Assembly: GCA_031409335.1 (NCBI GenBank)
Contig: JANNWY010000046.1
Location: forward strand, 1-15,541
Direction of reading: 5' to 3'
DNA length: 15,541 bases
DNA from: Chthoniobacteraceae bacterium
GTDB taxonomy: Bacteria > Verrucomicrobiota > Verrucomicrobiia > Chthoniobacterales > Chthoniobacteraceae
Shown in pieces: positions 4,985 to 13,138 of the stretch (position 1 is the stretch's first letter; every line of letters begins with the position of its first letter). The position numbers were made by a program, and so were the translations under genes. The notes under the pieces are model-generated. The model had not been told where the DNA came from and did not search any database. It was given only the letters and a program-made list of their open reading frames with translations.

Positions 4985-7900
4985 ATGAAGCCCCCCGTTC
5001 TCCCCAAACGTTTTCGTTCGCTCTCTCGTGCCGCCATTTTCGCGTTGCTCGGCCTCCCGTTGCACGCGGCAACCGTCACTTGGGATAACAGCGCGGCCAC
5101 CAATGCGTGGTCCACGCCGGCGAATTGGGACACGAATGTGGAGCCGTTGGCGGCGGACGATGTGGTGCTGGCGGCGGGGCTCGGGGCGACGCTGAATTTG
5201 CTCGCGGGGGAGAATGCGAAGTCGCTGCAATTCGATGCGATTTACACGCTCACCGGTGGCGGGCTGACGCTGGCGAGCGCGAGCACGATCGGGGTGCTGC
5301 TCGGGCAGGTGGCGACGATTTCCACTCCGCTCACGATCACGGGCGGGACGACGAAGACGGGCGATGGCGTGCTCACTTTGAGCGGGACGAATACTTTCAC
5401 CGGCGGGATCATCGTGAGCGCGGGGACACTGCGCGTCTCGCATGCGAGCGCGCTCGGCGCGGCGACGAATGTGGCGACGGTGAACGCGGGGGCGGTTTTG
5501 GAAGTGACGAGCACCATCACGTTGGATCGCGCGATCACGCTGAACAATGGCGGCACCGTGGCTGGCAGCGGCGCGGCGATCAGCAACGGGAAGATCACCA
5601 TCGATGCGCTGGCAACGGCGGTGACGCTCGGCACGGTCGCAAGCGGCGATCTCTTTACGGTCGGCAATGGGGCGAACGATCTCACGGGCGGGACGGCGGC
5701 GACGACGATCAACGTGGCCGGGCCGGGCACGGTGCGGCTCGGGGCGGCGAGCGATTTCGACGGGTCGTGGATGATCCCGACCGGCGCGCGGCTCGAACTT
5801 GGGGCGACCGCGGCGCTCGGCGATACGGCCAGCTCGGGCGTGACGCTCGCGGGCGGGACGCTCGTGCCGCGCCTGAATACGGCGACGACTTTCACCGGGC
5901 CGACGAATCTCACGATGACGGCGAATTCGCTGATCGTGTCGGATCGCAGCAGCACGGGCAGCGGGGTGGCGCACACGCTCGGCACGCTGGCCATCGGCAC
6001 GAATACGCTCACCGTCACGCCGGGTGCGAACGTGAATAGCGGCGTGGGCGGGATCGTTTTGGGAAGTGTGACGCTGAGCGGGAATCCGACTTTTGCCGTA
6101 GGCAATTCGGGGAACGCGGGGGCGAAGCTGACGACGGGCGCGCTGCTCGGCGGCGGCGTGGCGCGGACGATCACGAAGACGGGCACGGGCGATCTCGCGC
6201 TCACGGGCGGGGCGACGGATTTGCTCGCGGGCTCGCAAGTGAATGTGAGCGGCGGGGGAAATCTGGACCTGCTCTTCCCGGCGCTCGGCGCGGGTGCATC
6301 GGTCGCGGTTTCCGATGCGCAGCATCCGCTCGGTGCGGCGTCGTTCGCGATGACGGGCGGCACATTGAATCTCCTCGCCGATGGCGACAACACGGCTGCG
6401 GCGCAGACCTTCGTGCTCGCAAACGGGCTCACACTTTCTGGCACAACCGTCGTCGATCCCGCGCGGCGGAGCGGCACGGGGAATACGACGAAGACCTTCG
6501 AGTTGCCCACGCTCACGCTCGGCGCGGGCGCGGTGGTCGGGATCGGTGGCGCGAACACTTACGGCCTGCGCGTGAGCGGCGCGACGACGTTGCTCGGAAA
6601 CGCGACGCTGCAAGGCACGGCGCTGGCGACCCGCTCGGGCGCGCTCACTTTGAATGGCGCGATCGGCGACGGCGGCGGCGGTTTCGCGCTCTCGATCGCG
6701 GGCGGCACGAGCGTTCTCAATCTCACGCTGAATGCCGTGAGCACTTACAGCGGCGGCACGAATGTGAGCGGCAGCACCGTGACGCTGAATGCCGCGAATG
6801 CGCTGGGCTCTGGCGGACTGGTGCAAAGCGGCGGCACGCTCACGGCGAATACGACCGGCGCGATCAACGGTGCCGTTTCGTTGAGCAGCGGCTCGCTGAC
6901 GCTCAATGCGGCAAACGCCATCGGCGGAGCCATCGTCATCAGCGGCGGCACCTTGCGGGCGAACGGCACCGCCGCGATCCAAACCAACCCCGTCTCGCTC
7001 AACGGCGGCACGCTGGATCTGCGGACAAATGTGGTGGCCACTTTCACCACTGGCACATTCACGCTCGGCGGCGACGCGACGATGAATTTCGCGAACAACG
7101 GCAGCGGTACCAATTTCACACCCACCTTCGGCAGCGCGCTCAATATCGCTGGCAATCGCACGCTCACCGTAACCAACGCCAATGGCCACACGCCGAACTT
7201 TGCGAATATCGCACTTGCTGGCGATCTGACGCTCAGTTCGGGGATCGCGGTGAGCGTGCAGGCCATCTCGCAAGACGCCACACCGCGGCGCTTCATCAAG
7301 GCAGGCGCGGGCACGACGACGCTGACCGGCGCGGGCACTTTCACCGGCGGCGCGGAAGTGCTCGCGGGCATTCTTTCCATCAACGATACGACCGCGCTCG
7401 GCACGAGCGTGCTTACGGTCGGCGACACCTCCGGCGTGGCGACGGCGCAGGTGCTGCTCGGCGTCGGTCCGAGTCTGCCGAACGACATCGTGGTGCGCGC
7501 GGGCAGCAGCGGCGCGGCCACTTTGCGCACGACGGTGAGCGGGCTGACGTGGGCGGGAAATATCGCGCTGCAACGCACCGGCACGCTCGAAACCACGAGC
7601 CTCGCCACTTTCTCCGGCATCCTCAGCGGCGTGGGCAATGTGAACAAAACCGGCAGCGGCGAAATCATCTTCGCCAACGCGGCGAACAGCTTTGGCAGTG
7701 GCACGGCGGCGAGCGTGAACATCACCGCGGGCACGCTCACCGTGGACAACGACGGCGCGCTCGGGAATGCGGCGAACGGCGTGACGATCGCTGCGAGCAC
7801 GACCTTCCGCGCGAATGGCACTTTCACCAGCGCGCGCAACATCACGCCCGGCGCGGCGCTGGCGAATATCGACGTGACGACCGGCAACGCGCTCACGCTC

Positions 7901-10900
7901 ACGACTGGGCTGAGCGGCAACAGCACTTTCACCAAACAGGGGCTCGGCACGCTCGCCTTTGGTCCCGCGGCCACGAGCGCGCGCACTGCCGCGATGACGA
8001 TCAACGACGGCACGCTGCAACTCGGCGGCGCGACTTCCATCGGCACGGCTTCGCCCATCACCATCGCTGGCGGCACGCTCGATCTGCGCAACGACGCGAA
8101 CACGAACTACGCGCATCCGCTGACGATCGCGAGCGGCACCAACATCGTGAACGTCGATCGCGCGGTGGGCGGCGCGGCGACAGGCGGAACGCACACGCTC
8201 GGCACCGTCGCGCTCAATGCGCAAACGCTCAACACGACCGGCGCGAACGGCTTCGGCCTCGCGCTCGGCGCGGTAGGCACGACGGGCTCGAGCACGCTCA
8301 ATCACGACGCGCCCGGCGCGCTCAACATCGCCGCGATCAACCTCGGCGGCACGAGCGGCACGCTCACCTTCACGATGGATGGCGACGGCGGCGATGTCTT
8401 CGTCGTCGGCTTGATCGAGGATAACGTGACGCCGATTTGGAACTTCGCGAAACGCGGCTCGCACACGCTGCATCTCGGCACCGGCTTTGCCACCGACGGC
8501 ACCGTCACCATCGCGGATGGCACGCTCGATTTGAACGGCCTGAACGTGGCGCTGCAATCGTCGCTGACCATCGGCGGCGGCGCGCTCGCGACCGCGGCGC
8601 AAGTGACGACCGGCACCGGCGCGCTCACGCTCGGCGGCGCGCTCACCTACAGCAGCAACAGCACGCTGCTCGGCGCGAACATCGTCGGAAATCTCGACCT
8701 CGGCGCGGCCACGCGGACCTTCACGATCAACGACAGCACCGGTGCCGCAGTGGATCTGAACATCATCGGCCCGATCTCCGGGCCGGCGGGCATCGGCTTT
8801 ACGAAAGTGGGCGCGGGCACACTGCGGCTCAGCGGCGGGAGCAACACGCTGACCGGCCTGACGACCGTGCAGGCCGGTACGCTTGAACTCAACAAAAACA
8901 GCGACGCGATCGGCATCGGCGGCCTCAGCATCAACACCAACTCCAGCACCGCCGCGATCGCGCGGCTGGTCGCCTCGAATCAAATCAACGACGCCGCGGC
9001 GGTCGCGATCACGAACACCTCGGGCATCGCGCGGCTGGACCTCGCGGGCTTTTCCGAAACGCTCGGCGCGACCGCGATCACCGCGACCACGACGAGCGGC
9101 GCGCTCATCACCACGGGCGCGGCGGGCACGCTCGTGCTCGGCGGCGATCTCACCCTGGCCAACAATGTGAACCTCGCGGGCTTTATCGCGCGGCGCGCGC
9201 TCATCACTGGCAGCGGCAGCCTCGGCACGACCACGCTCGACGGCACGCTGGACCTCGGCGGCGCGGTGCGAAATGTGGCCGTCACGAGCACCGTGGTGGG
9301 CGCAAATCTGATCAACGCGAACGCGCTGATCGAGACGGTGATCATCAATGGCGGCATCCAGAAGACCGGCCCGCAGACGCTCTTCCTGACGAATCCGGGC
9401 AACACGTTTGCCGGTGGCTTGCGGATCGCGCAGGGCGCCGTGTCCGTCACCGCGGACGGCGCCCAGGGCACGGGCACGGTGACGCTGAACAACACCGGCA
9501 CGGACAGCGCCGCCTTCCAATTGGGCGTCTCGAACCAGACCGTCGCATCGAATATCGTGGTCTCCAACACCGGCACTGGCGAGGCGCGGCTCGACTACTT
9601 CGGCGCGCTGGAGACGACGGCTACGTTCAACGGCAGTATCACGCTGAACAGCAATCTCGTGATCCAGCCGTTGCAGGGGAACATGAATGACGGCGAGGTC
9701 GGGCTGATGGTTTTCAATGGCGTGATCGACGACGGCGCGGGCACGTTCGGGATCATCAAGAAAGGAGACGGCGGCGCACGGCTGACGAACGCGAACACGT
9801 TTGGCGGCGGCCTCTTCATCGAGAAAGGGACGCTCAGCGTCGCGAACGATGCCGCGCTCGGGGCGGCGGCGGTGCCAGTCTCCATCGGCACCGGCGTGCT
9901 CCATGCGGAGGGCTCTTTCGCGACGGCCCGCGAGCTGATTTTCACCACGAATGGCAGCGTGCGGGTGGACGGGGGCGATGTGCTCGAACTCACCGGTGCG
10001 CTTACGCACGGGGGGAATACGATGGGCTTCTTTGGCAGCGGAACGACGGTCCTGACCGGCACCAGCAGCGGCTTCGGGACGCTGCTCATCGGCCTTTATG
10101 CGAGCGAATTTTCGGGCAGCACCTTCGCTCCGAATGTCGGCTACGGCCACGTCGTTTCGGTGCGCGGCGGCTTCACGCTGCCAGTCGGCAATATCTGGCT
10201 GCAAAACGGCGGCGTGCTCGAACTCGGCACCGGCAACTTCTCGCGCCCGCTCGGCAATGCTCCGGGTCAGGTGCGCATGGAGACGGCGGGCGGCGCAGGC
10301 TTCGCGGCCTTCGGGGCGGATCGCCTGGTGAATCTCGGCGGCCCGGGCGTGACGCTGATCTGGGGCGATCCGGTGACGAAATTCCTGCGCGGGGACACGG
10401 GCTTTGGATTTGAAAACAGCGGTGCCCTCATCCTCGGTAGCACGACGGCGACGCACACGGTGACCTTCCAAAACCCGCTCGAGTTCAACAACGGCGACAG
10501 CAACTCCGGGCGCACGATCGACGTGCCCGACGGCCCCGCGGCGAAAGAGGCCGTCATCTCCGGCGACCTCTCGCTCACCGGCCCGCCGGGAACGCCGGGA
10601 ATTTTCCTCGAACTCAACGTGGAAGGCGCGCTCGACATCACCGGCAACATCCGCGGCGTCATCAGCCTCACGATGTTTGCCCCCGGCACGCTCACGCTCA
10701 CGGGCGCGAATACGTTCACCGGCTTCGTGACGATTGACGGCGGCGGAACGCTCAACGTCACCTCCGACGCGGCGATGGGCGATGCGGGGAATGAGCTGTC
10801 GCTTTTCAACAGTTCGACGCTGCAAGCCGGTGCCAACCTGACCATTCATCGCACGATTCAGATCTCCTCGTTTGGCGGTCCGGCCAACATCATCGACACG

Positions 10901-11287
10901 AATGGCTTCGACGTGCTGCTCGACACCGACAGCGCCGTGGTCGGTGGCGGCGGCGAAGTCGTGGTGCCGGAATTTTTGGAGAAAATCGGGGCCGGCACAC
11001 TCACCCTGCGCGGCCTCCTGGAAATCGACGGACTGACGACGAGCGCCGGCACGACGAATCTCGAGACGGAGCTGGGTTCGGGCACTTCGATCCTGAATGC
11101 GAACGCGGAGACGAACATCACCGTGGACCAGATACTCGAAGAGCTGAACATCGGCCCCGGCGCGACGGTGACCCTCGGAGCCGCCGCGCCCGCGCCGGCT
11201 TTCGCCCAGGCCGTCCCCGAGCCGGGTTCATTTGCCCTGCTGCTCCTCGGCGCGCTCGGTCTCGCCGCCCGTCGCCGGCGGGTCTAG
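4985..11287 (+). CDS. Large PEP-CTERM surface protein with autotransporter-associated beta-strand repeats, 2100 aa
   Basis: Signal peptide (PLHA/ATVTW); N-terminal WSTPANW motif; roughly a dozen repeats of the type TKxGxGTLTLxGxNTFTGGxxVxxGTL; C-terminal VPEPGSFALLLLGALGLAARRRRV sorting signal. Confidence 0.95.
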   Translation: MKPPVLPKRFRSLSRAAIFALLGLPLHAATVTWDNSAATNAWSTPANWDTNVEPLAADDVVLAAGLGATLNLLAGENAKSLQFDAIYTLTGGGLTLASASTIGVLLGQVATISTPLTITGGTTKTGDGVLTLSGTNTFTGGIIVSAGTLRVSHASALGAATNVATVNAGAVLEVTSTITLDRAITLNNGGTVAGSGAAISNGKITIDALATAVTLGTVASGDLFTVGNGANDLTGGTAATTINVAGPGTVRLGAASDFDGSWMIPTGARLELGATAALGDTASSGVTLAGGTLVPRLNTATTFTGPTNLTMTANSLIVSDRSSTGSGVAHTLGTLAIGTNTLTVTPGANVNSGVGGIVLGSVTLSGNPTFAVGNSGNAGAKLTTGALLGGGVARTITKTGTGDLALTGGATDLLAGSQVNVSGGGNLDLLFPALGAGASVAVSDAQHPLGAASFAMTGGTLNLLADGDNTAAAQTFVLANGLTLSGTTVVDPARRSGTGNTTKTFELPTLTLGAGAVVGIGGANTYGLRVSGATTLLGNATLQGTALATRSGALTLNGAIGDGGGGFALSIAGGTSVLNLTLNAVSTYSGGTNVSGSTVTLNAANALGSGGLVQSGGTLTANTTGAINGAVSLSSGSLTLNAANAIGGAIVISGGTLRANGTAAIQTNPVSLNGGTLDLRTNVVATFTTGTFTLGGDATMNFANNGSGTNFTPTFGSALNIAGNRTLTVTNANGHTPNFANIALAGDLTLSSGIAVSVQAISQDATPRRFIKAGAGTTTLTGAGTFTGGAEVLAGILSINDTTALGTSVLTVGDTSGVATAQVLLGVGPSLPNDIVVRAGSSGAATLRTTVSGLTWAGNIALQRTGTLETTSLATFSGILSGVGNVNKTGSGEIIFANAANSFGSGTAASVNITAGTLTVDNDGALGNAANGVTIAASTTFRANGTFTSARNITPGAALANIDVTTGNALTLTTGLSGNSTFTKQGLGTLAFGPAATSARTAAMTINDGTLQLGGATSIGTASPITIAGGTLDLRNDANTNYAHPLTIASGTNIVNVDRAVGGAATGGTHTLGTVALNAQTLNTTGANGFGLALGAVGTTGSSTLNHDAPGALNIAAINLGGTSGTLTFTMDGDGGDVFVVGLIEDNVTPIWNFAKRGSHTLHLGTGFATDGTVTIADGTLDLNGLNVALQSSLTIGGGALATAAQVTTGTGALTLGGALTYSSNSTLLGANIVGNLDLGAATRTFTINDSTGAAVDLNIIGPISGPAGIGFTKVGAGTLRLSGGSNTLTGLTTVQAGTLELNKNSDAIGIGGLSINTNSSTAAIARLVASNQINDAAAVAITNTSGIARLDLAGFSETLGATAITATTTSGALITTGAAGTLVLGGDLTLANNVNLAGFIARRALITGSGSLGTTTLDGTLDLGGAVRNVAVTSTVVGANLINANALIETVIINGGIQKTGPQTLFLTNPGNTFAGGLRIAQGAVSVTADGAQGTGTVTLNNTGTDSAAFQLGVSNQTVASNIVVSNTGTGEARLDYFGALETTATFNGSITLNSNLVIQPLQGNMNDGEVGLMVFNGVIDDGAGTFGIIKKGDGGARLTNANTFGGGLFIEKGTLSVANDAALGAAAVPVSIGTGVLHAEGSFATARELIFTTNGSVRVDGGDVLELTGALTHGGNTMGFFGSGTTVLTGTSSGFGTLLIGLYASEFSGSTFAPNVGYGHVVSVRGGFTLPVGNIWLQNGGVLELGTGNFSRPLGNAPGQVRMETAGGAGFAAFGADRLVNLGGPGVTLIWGDPVTKFLRGDTGFGFENSGALILGSTTATHTVTFQNPLEFNNGDSNSGRTIDVPDGPAAKEAVISGDLSLTGPPGTPGIFLELNVEGALDITGNIRGVISLTMFAPGTLTLTGANTFTGFVTIDGGGTLNVTSDAAMGDAGNELSLFNSSTLQAGANLTIHRTIQISSFGGPANIIDTNGFDVLLDTDSAVVGGGGEVVVPEFLEKIGAGTLTLRGLLEIDGLTTSAGTTNLETELGSGTSILNANAETNITVDQILEELNIGPGATVTLGAAAPAPAFAQAVPEPGSFALLLLGALGLAARRRRV

Positions 11288-11372
11288 CTGTGAACTTTCA
11301 AAAGGTCGTCCGCCCGTAGTTCTCGGCTTCGACGGGGCCCAGCGTCACTGCGGCTCGACCCGTGCCCGGGCG

Positions 11373-11414
11373 TTTCCGCTTTCCGCTTTCCGCTTTCCGG
11401 TATCCGTTATTTGC
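11373..11414. repeat. Heptamer tandem repeat x6
   Basis: TTTCCGC x3, TTTCCGG, TATCCGT, TATTTGC, ending 3 nt before the ATG at 11418. Confidence 0.8.
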
Positions 11415-11417
11415 GTC

Positions 11418-12194
11418 ATGCCGCCCGCGTTTTCACCGTCCACTCGCCCGCCGATCCGCATCGTCGCGGAGACTGCGGACTGGCTCGTGGTGGACAAGCC
11501 GCCGCATCTCGACGCGCATCCTTCGAAACCGAATGGGCGCTTCACGCTGTGGGACGGGCTGCGCGAATTGCTCGCGTACGAGATTGCGAATGGCGGGCAA
11601 GTTTCGCTCATCAACCGGCTCGATCGCGAGACCAGCGGGCTGACGCTGATCGCGAAGCACCGCGAATCGGCCCGCGCTTTGCACATGGAAATGGAGGAGC
11701 GCGCTTTTGAAAAAGAGTATCTCGCGCTGGTCTGGGGCTGGCCGGATACGGATGCGTTTGCGGTCGATGCGCCGATTTTGCGGCAGGGCGAGCGGGAGGT
11801 TTCGCGGATTTATTTGAAACGCATGGCGCATCCCGATGGCGCGGAAGCGTTCACGGCGATCCGCGTCGAGCAGCGGTTCGTCGATCGCGCGGGTGGGCGG
11901 TTTTCCCTGGTCCGCGCACTGCCGAAAACGGGGCGGACGCATCAGATTCGGATTCACCTGGCACACGCCGGATTGCCGATCGTGGGGGATAAAATCTACG
12001 GGCCGGATGAAGGATGTTATCTCGAATTCATCGACACGGGCTGGACTCCCGCGCTGGCCGCCCGGCTGCTGCTGCCGCGGCATGGGCTTCACTCTACCGT
12101 GATGCGCCTTCCTGCGCGCGGGCTCGCGTGGGATTCGCCGCTGGCACCCGATCTCGCGGCATGGATCGGGGAGAATTTGCTCGCGGCGCGCTAG
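11418..12194 (+). CDS. RluA-family pseudouridine synthase, 258 aa
   Basis: VVDKPPHL, NRLDRETSG (catalytic Asp), KEYLALVWG, TGRTHQIRIH, PIVGDKIYG and LHS. No S4 domain. The start is reassigned to 11418. Confidence 0.93.
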   Translation: MPPAFSPSTRPPIRIVAETADWLVVDKPPHLDAHPSKPNGRFTLWDGLRELLAYEIANGGQVSLINRLDRETSGLTLIAKHRESARALHMEMEERAFEKEYLALVWGWPDTDAFAVDAPILRQGEREVSRIYLKRMAHPDGAEAFTAIRVEQRFVDRAGGRFSLVRALPKTGRTHQIRIHLAHAGLPIVGDKIYGPDEGCYLEFIDTGWTPALAARLLLPRHGLHSTVMRLPARGLAWDSPLAPDLAAWIGENLLAAR

Positions 12195-12219
12195 GCGCGC
12201 CAAGTATAACCGCGGTCAC

Positions 12220-13059
12220 ATGAAGGTCATCGCAAAGTGTCACAACTATACTGGCTGCGTCCTCGCGTATCGCGGGGACAAAATCGAACTCGACCCCAGC
12301 GCGGCGCTGGTCTGCCCGGAATGCGGCAAGGCCGTGGTGATGGCGAAGTCGTCGAATGCGTGGATGAAAGTGACGCTGCTGCTTTCGCTCGGCGTCGTGC
12401 TGCTCGGCGCGGTGCTCGCGATTTTTGTCTATCCGCTGCTCAAGCGGGCAGGGGCGGACAAGACGGATGATGAGCCCACGCCGCCACCGCCTCCTGCCCA
12501 GGGCGATGCAAAGCCTGCTGTCACAAAACCGCCGGTCGTATCCGCTCCACCTGCCGAACCACCGCCCAAAGCGGTGGCGGTGACGTTCGACCCGGATGAA
12601 AATCGCCCGGAAAATAAATCAGTGAAATCAGAAGTGCTCACGCGGATCGATTTGATGCCCAACATTACCAAGACGAACCGGGAGAGGCTATACATCAGCG
12701 TGGAACGCGCGCGGCAGATGGGCAAAGTCGTGACGATTCCGTTCGGCTCCGGCGGATCGGGGGTGAGCAGCGGGGACGTGGAGATTTTGAAGAACACTCT
12801 CGAATCGCCCGAACTGAAAAAATTGCGCGATGATCCGACGCTGGTCTTTGTGATCCTCGGCTATGCGGACTCAAAGGGGGACGACAAGAAAAATATCGCG
12901 ATCTCGCAGAGCCGCGCGGACAGCATCAACGCCGTGATGAAAAACAAATGCGGCGTGCAAAACGTGATGCATGCCGTGGCGATGGGCAGTTCGAAGCTGC
13001 TCGATGCGCAAAATTTTGAAAAGAATCGGATCGTGGAAGTGTGGGCGGTGCTGCCCTGA
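12220..13059 (+). CDS. Membrane-anchored OmpA/MotB-like peptidoglycan-binding protein with an N-terminal Cys4 zinc ribbon, 279 aa
   Basis: CHNYTGC...CPECG, one TM helix, a Pro-rich linker, then ILGYADSKGDDKKNIAISQSRA and NRIVEV (OmpA C-terminal motifs). Confidence 0.85.
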   Translation: MKVIAKCHNYTGCVLAYRGDKIELDPSAALVCPECGKAVVMAKSSNAWMKVTLLLSLGVVLLGAVLAIFVYPLLKRAGADKTDDEPTPPPPPAQGDAKPAVTKPPVVSAPPAEPPPKAVAVTFDPDENRPENKSVKSEVLTRIDLMPNITKTNRERLYISVERARQMGKVVTIPFGSGGSGVSSGDVEILKNTLESPELKKLRDDPTLVFVILGYADSKGDDKKNIAISQSRADSINAVMKNKCGVQNVMHAVAMGSSKLLDAQNFEKNRIVEVWAVLP

Positions 13060-13067
13060 GATGGGGC

Positions 13068-13132
13068 GGTTTGAGTGTTGAAAGTTGAGTGTTGAGAGAC
13101 ACGCGCGCCAAGCTCTCCAGTCCCTCAACTTT
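13068..13132. repeat. Heptamer tandem (NNGTTGA-like x4) with a short inverted copy
   Basis: GGTTTGA GTGTTGA AAGTTGA GTGTTGA (13068-13095). AAAGTTGAG (13081-13089) pairs with CTCAACTTT (13124-13132). Confidence 0.65.
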
Positions 13133-13138
13133 CCGCCA

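Noticed and set aside
4860..4985. Sigma54 promoter, often found before proteobacterial PEP-CTERM genes
   Set aside because: No TGGCAC-N5-TTGC match was found, and a sigma70-like promoter fits better.
10388..10396. RGD motif in the PEP-CTERM protein
   Set aside because: A single tripeptide in 2100 Gly-rich residues is expected by chance.
4979..10849. 1956-aa antisense ORF
   Set aside because: It is codon-aligned with the sense adhesin gene, so stops would need sense TTA, CTA or TCA codons, which are rare at this GC content. The Arg/Ala-rich product has no recognisable motifs.
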